Of a stretch of DNA of 64,000 nt, positions 1 through 12,056 are shown in pieces (the stretch's first letter is position 1; the number at the start of each line of letters is the position of its first letter). A program made the translations under genes and the position numbers. The notes under the pieces were generated by a model. The model worked only from the letters and a program-made list of their open reading frames with translations, was not told the DNA's origin and did no database searches. This DNA is from Geosiphon pyriformis uo1 (taxonomy: Eukaryota; Fungi; Glomeromycota), in assembly GCA_016748015.1 (NCBI GenBank), contig JAAOMT010000429.1, positions 366,152-430,151 of the forward strand, read 5' to 3'.

Positions 1-507
1 TTACTTTTTACAATATGTATATCCTTAAAAACTATAAAATTTACCTTAATAAATTGTCAAAATATACGAGAAATTGCAATTACTGCCTGCAAAAATATTG
101 AATTCACGGCACTGACTAGCATCCTAGTGGCTTGGCATCAGGATAAAACTGGTCAATCACCCAAACTTGATTCCTTGGAGCATTTTATTATTTCACGTTG
201 TTTCAGTGGTCGAAGACATACTTTTTTGGCCAAAAATGTGCGATCTCATTTCGTAATTATTGACGCAAAAATCTTCGAAATTATTAATTGTGAAATTCCT
301 GGATGTGTCACATGTTTAAAGAGATGCGCCAATTGTGGCGTACAATATTAATTTTGGGACTCGGTTTGGTTCACATGTGGTTGGTGCTATAAAAGTGATT
401 ATTGTGGTGCTTGTGTCGCTGAGGCCAATCAAAAAAAGTCTACAATCGATCCAGGATTTCATCGTGTTAAAATGAATTTCTGTAAAATTTTTGATATTGA
501 TTGTTAA
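1..507 (+). pseudogene. 3' part of an F-box/LRR-like gene with a Cys-rich (multi-CxxC) C-terminus, interrupted by an in-frame TAA
   Basis: Frame 1 is open from base 1 (LINCQNIREIAITACKNIEFTALTSIL, LRR-like) through CVTC..CANC. After TAA at 349-351 it continues in frame as FWDSVWFTCGWCYKSDYCGAC... to TAA at 505-507. Confidence 0.5.
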
Positions 508-1649
508 ATTCTAAAATGCTCTGTTCTCTGTTCGTTAATAAACCTCAAGAGATATCAATGTTTGGATTTGAATTATCTATGTTTTTTATGTAATCTATTC
601 TTTAAGGTATATAATTTCTTTTATGAATAATAATTATGTTAAGAAGTACTCTTTGCCCCTGTGTAACCTATTGAATTAAAAAATTTATGCCAATAAATTC
701 GATTTGGAAAATAGTGAGTTTTGTCTTCAACCTTAGATATAAGCTAATAATATTTGCTCAAATAAATTTTTTTATAGTTTGTGAGACTAACATCATTTGC
801 GATTTTATATTACCTATTTGATAAAAAATATTTACCCATTGTATAAATTTAAAATAGATATTAAAAATTCAAAAATAACTTTGTGAATTTTTGGAAATAA
901 TCGACATAGTAAAAAAGAAATGTTTATATCTTAAGCCATTATGATTATAATCCCAAATTTGTGAGCTTTTTATGCAAAAAAAGTTCTATTCAAAGAATTA
1001 ATACAACATAAAAAGAAATTATTTCTTATTTATTTTTTTGAGCCATAAATATATATTTTATTCATACTGAGAAAAGTAAAAAAAATTGTTGCATGTTCCC
1101 AATCTAGCCAGGAAACTATTAATAAAAGTAAAATTTTATTATTTTAGATATGAATCTATTTTTTTTGTGCGTATACATGGTCACTTGCCTTAAACGAAAA
1201 GTTACATATTTTGAACATCACTTGGGATTAACAAAAAAAAATTATTATAGTTAACAAATCTTTTTATTATATCAATTTCTTATTCAAAATAAATAATTTT
1301 TATCAAAATCAAATTTATATGATAGTTGTATTTGTAATAAACAGCTTTTTAAAATCTTTTAAGCTAACTTATTCTTCACATTAAAAATTAAAAAAACAGA
1401 TTTATAATTTTTTTTTCATTGACAAATTTCAAATTTATGTATATTAAAAATTTAATAAAACTACTTTATTTTTATATTATTATTTCAAAAAAATATAATC
1501 AAGTCATTTTTACAAAAAGTATCAACAGAAAAATTAATTGTAATAAAGTTCTTGAAAATAAATCACCCATAATTTATTTCAATATTATGAATGTTTTGTT
1601 AAACTTAGATTTTTTTACATTTTTATTTATTATTTTTTTTTTAAATTAT

Positions 1650-2890
1650 TCAGCAACCCAGTTAACTTAATTGTTACTTTAATTAATTACTTGGTCATTA
1701 ATTTTTTTAAAGCTAAACAGCTAAATTTTTCACTAGATTTAATGATTTTTCAAAATAACATAAATTATTACTTGAGAAAAGTTCAAAAATAGAGACAGTT
1801 TGATAGCTTTCTTTATTCTTAGTTTTTAAAGAGGTTTTAATTAATTAATAAATAGCTATCCAATTGTAAACTTGTTACTTTAGGACTTTGAACTCTAAAA
1901 AAAATTGGTAAAATATAACTGAGAATATTAACTAATTAATGTGATTGTTTTTTGCCTCAAATTTTTTCTTAAAATATGCTTGTTTAAAAAAGTAAACAGT
2001 TATACTGAATATGTTTTGGCTAAATAATTAATCAAAAACTAATTCCAAAAATCTTGAAACTTTTGACTCAACTAAACTTTAACTGAAAAACAAATAAGAC
2101 AAAATAAAAAAAGATTAAGTTTAATATAGATTAAAAATAATTTTGGGTTTTTGTGTTAAAAAAAGTAATTACTTATACAATAGTGAATGACTTCAAGATT
2201 TAACAATCTTATAAAGGCCACTATTTTTATATAATAATCGAATATAATATGTTAATGATAACAAAAAAAAACAGTAATGTATAGTGATAAATAATTAAAA
2301 GATAAATTCAATTTTTATAAATAAATCAAATTAATACGGATTTAATATGTAAAATCAGTCTTATAAATATCTTAGTTGTTATTTTTTTAAAAAAATAACA
2401 AAAAAATTTAAAAGTAAAAAAACAATCTATACTGTTAATAAAAAATAAAACACTAATATCATTTTATGTTTTATGTGAATGTTCTTAAAATTTAATACCA
2501 AATATTAGTTGTACTTTTTAAAAAATATTTATTTAATATACTTTACAAAAACTAACAATTATACAAATCAAAAAAGAAAATAAAAGAGTTGATATTATTA
2601 TATTGATTTTGTTTAAATAAATTGATTTAAGTGTAAATTTTTGTTTTAACTAAATTTTCTGCAGTTTTAAAAAGTATCTTTTATATACTTTTAAAAAAGA
2701 ATCAATAATCGAATTAGTAATTACATCAATAATTCAGTCAATAATCAAGTTATTATTTAAGTTAATAATTATATCAATTACTAATTCCAAAAATAAAATG
2801 GTTAATATAATAACATTAATGGTTAATACATGTAATTAAATATGGCTAAATAAATAAAATAATAATAAATTAAAAGTTTCACTTATAACA
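1650..2890 (-). mobile_element. Truncated Gypsy element: LTR (~2230-2890) plus PBS and start of the internal region, related to the 33.3-41.9 kb element
   Basis: The reverse complement starts TGTTATAAGTGAAAC and matches the 33345/41142 LTRs (ACATGTATTAACCATTAATG, 12-bp repeats). It is followed by ATAGTGGCCTTTATAAG (PBS-like) and sequence matching 34100-34400. Left boundary approximate. Confidence 0.7.
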
Positions 2891-4330
2891 ATACTATTAT
2901 TAAGCATTCTTGTTTGATAATAATATCATTTTATTTGGCAAATAACATTATTTACTAATAAAGACTATCGCATATTTTTTTATTTTATTTAATTGAAATA
3001 AGACGGCATTTAATTAATATCTTAAACCATTAATATAAAAATAAAAAATTTATTCAAATCAGATTGTTTAAGATAAGCTCAAAAGTCAGCCTTTCTTTAA
3101 GTATATCAAAAGCTTTTTGCTCAGTTGATTTCCAATAATTATTTACATTTTTCAAAGAATTTGAGTCAAAAAATAGATGATTTTGGCGAACTTTTAAAAA
3201 TTTTTAATAATAAAATACTAATTCAAAGAAAAATTAAGTTTGTTTATATTTATTGGTTGTTTGACTTTGTATTTTTTTATCTTAGCTGGATTAAAGAAAA
3301 GTTTATTTTTTAAAATAAAAATTCCTAAGAAGCAATTAACACCCAAAAAAAAATTGATCAGATTTATTATAAGATTTGTATTTCAGAAAAGATTCCAAGT
3401 TTTTGAATAAATAATAATATTGTTCAAATATACTAAAACAATTATTTATAAACTGGTCTAAATATTTTATCTATCAAATATTGAAAAATGGGAAAAATAT
3501 TTATTAATTTAAAAGACATTACAGTAAACTTATAAGTTTTATATTTCATAATAAACTTTATTGTGTCTTTACTAACAAAATTCATTTCAATTTGCCAAAA
3601 TTTGACAGTTAAATCTATTGTTAAAAAAAAATTCTATTTATGAATTTATTTAATATTGAGAAGAAAATAAAATCTTAATTAATGTTAATATTTAATTTGC
3701 AATAATTAATACTAAATTGTGAAATTCTCTTTTTTAAATAATTAACTTTAGCTTCTGTATAAAACCAAGTTTTTTTCATTTATTCTATTTCTTTCTTAAT
3801 AAATTTATTATTTTGTCAATTAAGCTAGTAAAACTTTATATAGATTAGTTAAATTAGTTTAATTTTAATTATTTATTTAAATTAGATTCATTAGTTAAGA
3901 ACATTTTTCTTTTTTATTAAAAATAAGGCTAATAAATTTTTAATCTCTAATAAATTATACATGTTTTATATTTGTCACTAAAAAAATGTAGAAATTAATT
4001 GTACTAATATCTTACACAAAGACTATGTTTTTGGTCAGATTGTTGATAAAACATTTTTTTAAGCATGTTATAAAATGGCTAATAAATAAGTTTTTCATTT
4101 ACAACTAATTTTTTGCTGTTTCCTTGTATATTATTAAAAAGCTTTTTTATTGCTGAATGTTGTAAAAGCTAACTTGGGTTTTTAGTCTTTTTTCCTTTAT
4201 CTTTAGAGTTTTTAAAATCTTCAAAATTGGTATTATTACTGTTATTGTTTTAAGATTGCTGTTGTTGTTAAGCTACTTTTGAAGGCACTGTTTAATATCT
4301 GCATTTTATAATAATTGAGTAAATTATTGA
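2891..4330 (-). mobile_element. Degenerate Gypsy pol fragment (linker-RT-RNase H)
   Basis: The minus strand gives transition-degraded RT motifs (TIDL..FWQIEM, YKFTVMSFK, VLVYLNNIIIYSKTW = YLDD). RNase H runs up to QECL.IV, where it is cut by the LTR starting at 2890. Confidence 0.75.
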
Positions 4331-4359
4331 ATTCATAGCAAAAGAAAAAATATTGGCTA

Positions 4360-5892
4360 TTAATTATTAGCTCTATTTTGAAAATTTCTCAGAGAATCCT
4401 CAAGATTCTCTAACTTATGAATTGCTTCACAATTGCCCATTTCAACTCCAAAATAAGGCCCACTATGAAATAATTTGCCCGGAACTTCGCTTATTGATTG
4501 ACCAGCATTACACTCCTAAATAACATAAAATAAGAAAATTTAACGCCATTTCACTAAAAATTCTTAATTAAATATAAGTTAATGCTAACCAAATTCTCTT
4601 CAGAATACTGCGACTTGACCCATAATTCTCTTTCATTAATTGAAAGCGTAATAAAATTACAATTCCAATACGTATTTGGATCATCAGGACAGTCACAATT
4701 ACTCAATGGGTCAATCCAGATTTCAGTACCAAAATGTTTCCACCCCATTGAAGACGAAGGAAAGTGCGGCACATGATCGTTTCCATGGGTAAAGCGGCGA
4801 TGAACGATTTCTAGGTTGAAAGCATCGCTAAGGTATCTGTTACCAATTCTCGGAGCTCCATAAGTAAAAATACCCTCCCCTGTTGCGCTTAAATTAATAT
4901 TCGGCCAAAGGTTGTTTTTTATGATTTCAAATCTTTCAATTGACCACCTAATCGCAGCGATACTGGCATATGCTTTTATATTTAAAAGATTATTTAATGT
5001 TTAAAAAAGGGAAATGATTCTTACTTTTTAAATTGAAAATAAAAAATATTGAGAAAACCAACCTCCACCAAGACCATGTCCCACAAATAGAATACTATTT
5101 ACTTTCGGAAATTGACTTAAAAATGATTTAATAGTTTCACTTAAAGTAGGAAACAATAAATTCACATCTTTCAATAATTGTGAATCTACACGAGCTCTTT
5201 CGTCAAACTTTAAAGCATCTGTAAAACGGAGTGGCACTTGTCTTGAGTTTTTAGAAGCCCATTGTTCTTTCGTTAATTTCTAATATAAATAAAGAAGCAT
5301 TATTATCTCAAGATTTTATTTGATTTAAAATATTAAAGAGGTTGAGATAATTACTGGTCCCGCAAACATTATTAATAAAATGCTATTATATGGTGAAATG
5401 AAGTAATATCGAGCGTCCACTAATGAACAGTATTTGAAATATAAATTAATTGTCTTAAGAAAATTTTCATTTAAAATTAACTTCTTTTCGGAATCAAATA
5501 CCTTTAATTTGTAAGCCAGGCACTTTTGAGCCAATATTATTTAGATCAAGACAGTCAAATGCATTTACTATGAATGCAACATCCGAGGAAATTAATAACC
5601 CTTCATCATCAGGTAACATTCGTCTCTTAATTCGTGATTGTGGTGGTGAACGTTTTTTAGTTTGATTGATTTTTAGCGGGATATGGATTTCATTTATCCA
5701 ATTAATCATAGTAGGAGAGGTGTAGTTTATATCTTGTTTTTTATTCTTTTGGATTACTTTAGAGACTATCCAGCTACTGTGCTTTTCATGCATTAAAAAA
5801 CAAAAAAATGATGCCATAAAAATCACAGGAACAATATTAGTTTTTCTCGGATAATAGACTTTGAATGTTATTTGATTATTAAAAGAACCCAT
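4360..5892 (-). CDS. Class-3 lipase-like (alpha/beta hydrolase) protein, 5 exons, nucleophile elbow GHGLGG; paralog 1
   Basis: ATG at 5892 with an N-terminal hydrophobic segment. Motifs FVGHGLGG|AYA, FTYGAPRIGN, THGNDHVPHFP, WKHFGTEIWI, CNAG..FHSGPYFG. GT-AG introns conserved with paralog 2; stop TAA at 4360-4362. Confidence 0.88.
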
Positions 5893-6299
5893 TTTTTTGA
5901 TTTTCAAGAAGGATATAACAGAATATTTTTATCATTTTTTCAAGATGCATTAAATGTAGATCGAGCTTATTTGTTTTTTCAGAGCATCTTATTTAGACAA
6001 AATAAAGGAATGGATCCTCTTTTTGATAATATTTTTCCTGACCACCTATCACACTATAACTTTCATTTAATTTAATTTATAAACAAACTTATTGCATACA
6101 TTTTTTATTCCTTGTTATATTTTTGAGCTGGAAAATGAAACTTTATTTTGCAAATTTGATATTGGTCACAATAATACTATTTTTAGCTTTTATTTCAAAG
6201 GACTGTATAAGGAGTCGTGAATTAGTAGATTATGATAGAAAATGACGTTGCAAAATGTTCCCTCTGATATATTTATTATTTTTTTCCTTTTTGTTCACC

Positions 6300-6630
6300 A
6301 AGAAACTACTAAAAAGATTTAAAGAGATCCCATAATATTTAGTGATTTTTGATGATAAATTTAGCTCTTGAACTCAAAGTTCTTTTCTATTGTGAATGTA
6401 AGCATAAGACTTTCCTTTTAGGATTTTCAGTTCATCCCTTTCCTTGCTAGTAGAAATGTTAGCCTTCAGAGCACGAGTTTGTTTGCGGCAATATGATCTA
6501 ATCATGGCACTTTCTTCTTGATAATCTTCTTTTGGCTTGGTGACTGACTCATTGTTTTAGGTTTAAATATTGAAAGTGTTCACAGAAGAATCATCACTAA
6601 GAAGAGCATGATAGTGAAGAATGATTTATA
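6300..6630 (-). pseudogene. Crinkler (CRN) N-terminal domain remnant
   Basis: Minus strand with frameshifts: LLSDDSSVNTF..SVTK.KKIIKKKVP*LDHIAANKLVL(W)KANISTSKERDELKILK. This resembles the CRN ubiquitin-like N-terminus. Confidence 0.65.
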
Positions 6631-6829
6631 GATATGGGTATTGTTATCAAAATAATTTATCTCGTCAGCTGATTCTCTTGCTGCTATTTTATATTTCGAG
6701 TTCTATTAACAACTAGCATCTTGTTTTTACTTACACTATATGTGTTTTTTTAGCTTTTCAAAATTTCTAGTCGTCGGATCTGATACAAGAGATTTATGAT
6801 CTCAGATTTACAATTAAAACCGACAAAAT

Positions 6830-7145
6830 ATTCTTCACTACCATAACTACTATCATACTCTTCTCGGGGAAAATCCTCATAATAAGACTTTTAAAGTCGA
6901 AATTGAGGAAGTTGATTATATTATCAATTTAAAAGAGATAAAAAAGCGTCATATTAAAAACTTATTGCCACAGACAAACCTTTGCTCTGGAAGCTTAACA
7001 TCTTTGTTAGCGAAGAAAATGATGAACTGAAAATTCTTAAAAAAAAGTCTTTCATACTTAAAAAGAGTTGGAGTTCAAGATCATTAAAAATTATTCTGAC
7101 AATTTCACCGACGAATGTATTCATATTATCACTCATCACCTCTTC
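6830..7145 (+). pseudogene. Crinkler (CRN) N-terminal domain remnant
   Basis: LLGENPHNKTFKVEIEEVDYIINLKEIK..LLWKLNIFVSEENDELKILK...DECIHIIT (HVLV-like end motif), with frameshifts. Confidence 0.65.
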
Positions 7146-8579
7146 CATTGATAAAGAATCAAATGACATGTGTTTTACTCGCTATTCTTACCAAGATTCC
7201 TTCACACCCCATTAGAGGTATGGAAAACTTTTCATCAACAAACGCATGGTTTTTCTTTAATTAACTTGACTAACTTTGGCAGTGAGTGAGTATATTATTA
7301 AAGTTTAAAAACTTTTATTTTTGTGAACGATGTCTGCCTTCGATAATAAAAGATTATGCGGCCTGCTAATTCCAGAACGCTGGGATTTGCCCGGTTTAAT
7401 TGAAGATATTAAAGGCTATACTCACACCATACGATGTAATAACCTCTCGTATACTTGCACATATTTTCATTTTAAGTTCCAAATCAAGATTAATTATAAT
7501 AAAATTGCTCAAAATTTTCGGTATTATACTTTTTAACGGAGTAAGCCAGTTATATGAAATAATTCATTTAAATATCACTCAAAGCCTTTAATTTAAAATG
7601 CTGTTTATGAACTTTTAGAAGGTTTTCACAATGAGTTAGAGATATTATTATCCAATTTTATGCAAAAAATTGGATAAAGGGCTAGAATAAAAAAATATAA
7701 TAAATGAATAAATTTGAACGTGTTTTTTATAAAAATATTTTAGTATATAACATCAGTCTAGAGTAATTTTAATTATTAAAGGAATAAATATATTTTTCTA
7801 TTGAATTTTTTGATAAAAATAAACTCTTTTCTTATATAAATATAAATCAGATTATTTAGTTTTCTCAATTGTTTTTGGTGGTTCATTAAAATTTTACAAA
7901 GAAACTCTAATTTTAGCTGAAACCAATTATTTACTGTATTAATATGTGCATGATTAAATTAATACATTATTTTTAAAAATATAATAATAATAATAATAAT
8001 AATATGATAACAAAAGAATTTAAAATTTCAAATATTAAGAAAAAATTATCAAATTTGTTAATGGTGTACAAGACCCTAAAAAAAATTGAATTAAATGTTA
8101 TAGGCGTGATAAAAACTATGCAATAGTTGGTTTAGATACTGTAGTTACATATATTAAACAGAAAGATTGTATTGAGAAAGTAAAAAATTCTTCAATATCA
8201 AATATAGTTAAATTCATTGTTTTTTGAATTTATATTTGTTGACAATATTTGACCGACAATGATTCTATGAATCCAAACTTTGTCAACTAAAGTAGAGTTA
8301 ATCCAAAAGCACCATCAACTTCGGATTGACGAGAGTGACCATGTACTATTTATGAAAGAATTTCTTGAAGTATCTCTCGTATAATCTAGTCTTGTTGCTG
8401 TGTTGTAACTTTGTCCTAAATTAAATCCGTGGAATTGGCAGGCTGGATAATCTTTAATTATTGAAGACAGACATTAATCATAATATATTAGAGAGAAGTC
8501 AGTGAGAGAAAATATACGCGGTTAAGTAGTAAAAACAAAGTAACTACATTCCTTACAAATGGAAGCGGGCGGTAATATG

Positions 8580-8850
8580 ATGAGCTCCAACTTTTTTTTT
8601 CCATTATAAAATCAAGCATAAAGTTTTTCTTTAAAGAATTTCAGCTTCTAACTTTCCCTCACTAATAAAGATATTAAGCTCTTAGAACAAAAGTTTTTCT
8701 GTGGCATTAAGATCTAAAAGTGACGCTTTTTGATCTCTTTTAAATTATTAATTTACTTTATTTTTTAAAATCGACTTTAAAAGTCTTATAATGAGGATAG
8801 AGTGATTGAGTGTGATAGTAGTGATAGTAGTGATTGTAGTGAAGAATATT
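8580..8850 (-). pseudogene. Crinkler remnant, inverted copy of 6830-7080
   Basis: The reverse complement matches 6830-7080 (AAGACTTTTAAAGTCGA, AAAAAGCGTCA, GCCACAGA); more degraded than its partner. Confidence 0.55.
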
Positions 8851-8990
8851 TTTTCAGTTTCAATTCTAAATGGAAGATTATAATTAATACTATATCATAT
8901 ACTAAATTACAGATATGTGCAAATAAAAATAAATGCTAAACCTGGAAATATAAAATGGCAGCAAAAGGATAATCAGCTAACTTGATTATA

Positions 8991-9184
8991 ATGTCATTCT
9001 TCATCATTACTACTCCTACATGTATAACCGCTTTTCTTCCTAGGTCCTTGGTGATGACCTTTCTGAGAACACTTTCGAAGTCGAAATCAAAAAGAAAAAT
9101 TCAGTCAGCAAGTTGAAGAAGATTATCAAGAAGAAGGTGCCATTTTTAGATCATATTGTCGTTAACGAACTCGTACTCTAAAAG
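8991..9184 (+). pseudogene. Crinkler (CRN) N-terminal domain remnant
   Basis: ATG at 8991, then a frameshift, then VLGDDLSENTFEVEIKKKNSVSKLKKIIKKKVPFLDHIVVNELVL*K. The conserved LWK Trp codon is TAA. Confidence 0.75.
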
Positions 9185-9496
9185 TTTTCAAGCTAAATAA
9201 AAATTTTAATATATAACAAAGAATAAAATATACATGTAATAGGTTTGTTTATAAATAAGTTTTAATTAAAATTTGAAACTTCTTTAGGATACAAGATATA
9301 GTGTGATAGGTGATCGGGAAAAATATTTTCAAAAAGAGGATAAAAATCATATTATCTATTCCTTTATTTTGTTTAAAAAAGATGGTTTTAAAAATTAATT
9401 GAGCTCGATCTATAGGATTTTTATTTAGTGCATCTTAAAAAAAAACTAAAAAATATTTCATGAAACTCTGTTATATCCTTCTTGAAAATTAATAAA

Positions 9497-11023
9497 ATGG
9501 GTTCTTTTAATAATCAGATACCATTCAAGATCATTACTGCAATTTTTATGGCATCAGTTTTTTATTTTTTGATGCATGAAAGCTACAGCAGCTGGATAAC
9601 CTCTAAAGTAATTCAGAAGGATAAAAAATTAGATATAAACTACAACTCTCCTACTATGATTAATTGGATAGATCAAATCCATATCCCACTAAACATCAAT
9701 CAAACCAAAAAACGTTCACAATCACAATCAGAATCACAAATGAAGAGACGAATTTTACCTGATGATGGAGAGCTAAAGTTTTCTTCGGATTTTGCATTCA
9801 TAGTAAATGCATTTGACTGTCTCGGTCTAAATAATGTTGGCTCAAGAGTGCCTGGTTTAAAAATCAAAGGTTTTTAAATTCTGAAAAAAATTGTCTTTTA
9901 TAAAAGTTTTCTTAAAGAAATTAATATCTTTCAAATACTGTTCATTAGTGGAGGTTAGATTTTACTTCAAATCATCAACTCATGGCTTTTTAATCATCGT
10001 GTTTACAGGACCAGTAATTATCTCAACCGATTTATATTTTAAATCAAGTAAAATCTTGAGATAATAATGCTTCTTTATTTATATTAGAAATTAACAAAAA
10101 AACAATGGGCTTCTAGAAACCCAAAACAAGTGCCACTTACTTTTAAAGATGATCTAAAGTTTCCGAAAGAAACTCGTGTAGACTCACAACTATTGAAAGA
10201 GGTGGATTTATTATTTCCTATTTTATTAGAAGGTATTAAATCATCTTTAAGTAAATTCAGCAAACTAAGTCAAAAGTTTGATATTGTATTTACAGGACAT
10301 GGTCTGGGTGGAGGTCAGTTTTCTGAATATTTTTATATTTTAAAGTTTGATAGTAAGAATCATTTATTTTTTTAACATTAAAATTTTTTTGACTATATAT
10401 TTAAAAGCTTATGCCTGCCTTGCTGCAGTTAGGTGGGCAATTGAAAGATATAAAATTATTAATAATAATACTTGGCGGGATATTAATTTAAGCAGAATAG
10501 GACAGGTTATCTATACTTATGGAGCGCCGAGAGTTGGAAATGTGCAACTCAGTGAAACTTTCAACTTAGCAATTGCTTATCGCCGCTTTACCCATGGAAA
10601 TGATCATGTGCCGCACTATCCTTCGACTTTAAAGGGGTGGAAACATTTTGGCAATGAAATTTGGATTGAGCCATTGAGTAATTGTGATTGTGCTGCTGAA
10701 GACGACCCAAATACGTATTGGGACTGTAATTTTTCTTATTTGGCTTTAAAGGAAAGAGAATTATGGACCGCTTCGGAATATACTGAAGAGAATTTGGTAG
10801 GTATTAATCTATGTTGAATTAAGAATTTATCAGTAAAAAGCGTTAAAAAATTAGCTTTTTATTTTAGGGGTGTAATGCTGGTCAATCAATAAATAAAGTT
10901 CCGGGAAATTTATTTCATAATGGGCCTTATTTTGGGATTGAAATGGGCAATTGCGAATCAATTAGTAAGGTAGGGAGTTTTGAAGAAGCTATGAAAAATT
11001 TTCAAAATAGAAATAATGATTAG
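9497..11023 (+). CDS. Class-3 lipase-like protein, 5 exons, nucleophile elbow GHGLGG; paralog 2
   Basis: Exons 9497-9869, 9949-10013, 10088-10313, 10408-10796, 10868-11023, all GT-AG. Motifs FTGHGLGGAYA, YTYGAPRVGN, THGNDHVPHYP, WKHFGNEIWI, FHNGPYFG. Confidence 0.9.
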
Positions 11024-12056
11024 CAGCCAATATTTTTAGCTAAAAAAAAAAGAACTTTCGGTAAATTTATTATTGGATTAATTAATATATAAAGGCAATT
11101 AGTTTAAATAAATATTTTTCGAAATGGGACTCCATATATTGATTTAAATTATATTTAGAATTCCTTTATTAATAGCCACATCGCAAATATAAAGTTAGAG
11201 AATGGGTTCAAGGTTTAGTAAGGAAACTAATTTTATAAAAATCCTTTGAGGAAACTGTTATTTCAAAGCGATATTTTCCAAATGATCAAATTAAAATTTC
11301 TTCAACTCTTAATTCTTATATTACTATTAAAAGGCATCATCAAAGTTCTCAACGTTTTATTATTTAAATCATTAATAATTAATTAATTGATAAGATAAAT
11401 TTATAATTAGATATATAAATCATTTTTGTATAAAATTGTAAAAGATCACTTAGAGAGATATTTTTATTTATAAAATAATTCTAAAAACCTATTAATATAA
11501 AATATAACTCAAATTTCATTTAAAAATTTTTAAGATACTAAGAGTATTACAAATTTAAAGTTTTATTAGTTGTTGCCTAAAATCAGCTTTATAATTTTTT
11601 ATTTTTAATTATCATTTTATAACTATAAATAAATAAATAAATAATTTAATTTGTATAATATGAAAATTGAAAAAAAAGTTACCAACATTTCAGTGTTTAA
11701 ATTAATAAAAAAAATATATATATGTCATTTTGTAAAAATTCAAAATAATTGGCTTTAGCTAATTGAAAAAATTTTAAATGAATTCATTTATTAATAATAA
11801 AAATAATTAATAATTTCTATCTTGAATTTATTTTATTTTATTTTTATTTGATATTTGACTATGTATTAAAATTTTGGAAACATTTTATATATGTATTAAA
11901 AGAATTAAAATTTCAGGTTAATACATAATAAATATATTATTTTACAAGATAAAAATAGTATGTAAAAATTATTACTTATAATATTTAGGAAAATAATTTT
12001 GATCCAATATATCTTTACAATAATAATAATGATAAAGTACTGTCGATTTGAATTAA

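Larger units (their letters stand above)
4345..7080. repeat. Left arm of a ~2.5-2.7 kb inverted segmental duplication (partner 8580-11040)
   Basis: The lipase gene, its promoter and two Crinkler remnants all recur in reverse complement in 8580-11040. Confidence 0.85.
8580..11040. repeat. Right arm of the inverted segmental duplication (partner 4345-7080)
   Basis: Reverse-complement similarity across the lipase exons, introns, promoter and CRN remnants; spacer about 1.5 kb. Confidence 0.85.

Noticed and set aside
349-351. Stop-codon reassignment or readthrough to explain in-frame stops
   Set aside because: TAA, TAG and TGA all end intact genes in this window; mutation is the simpler explanation.
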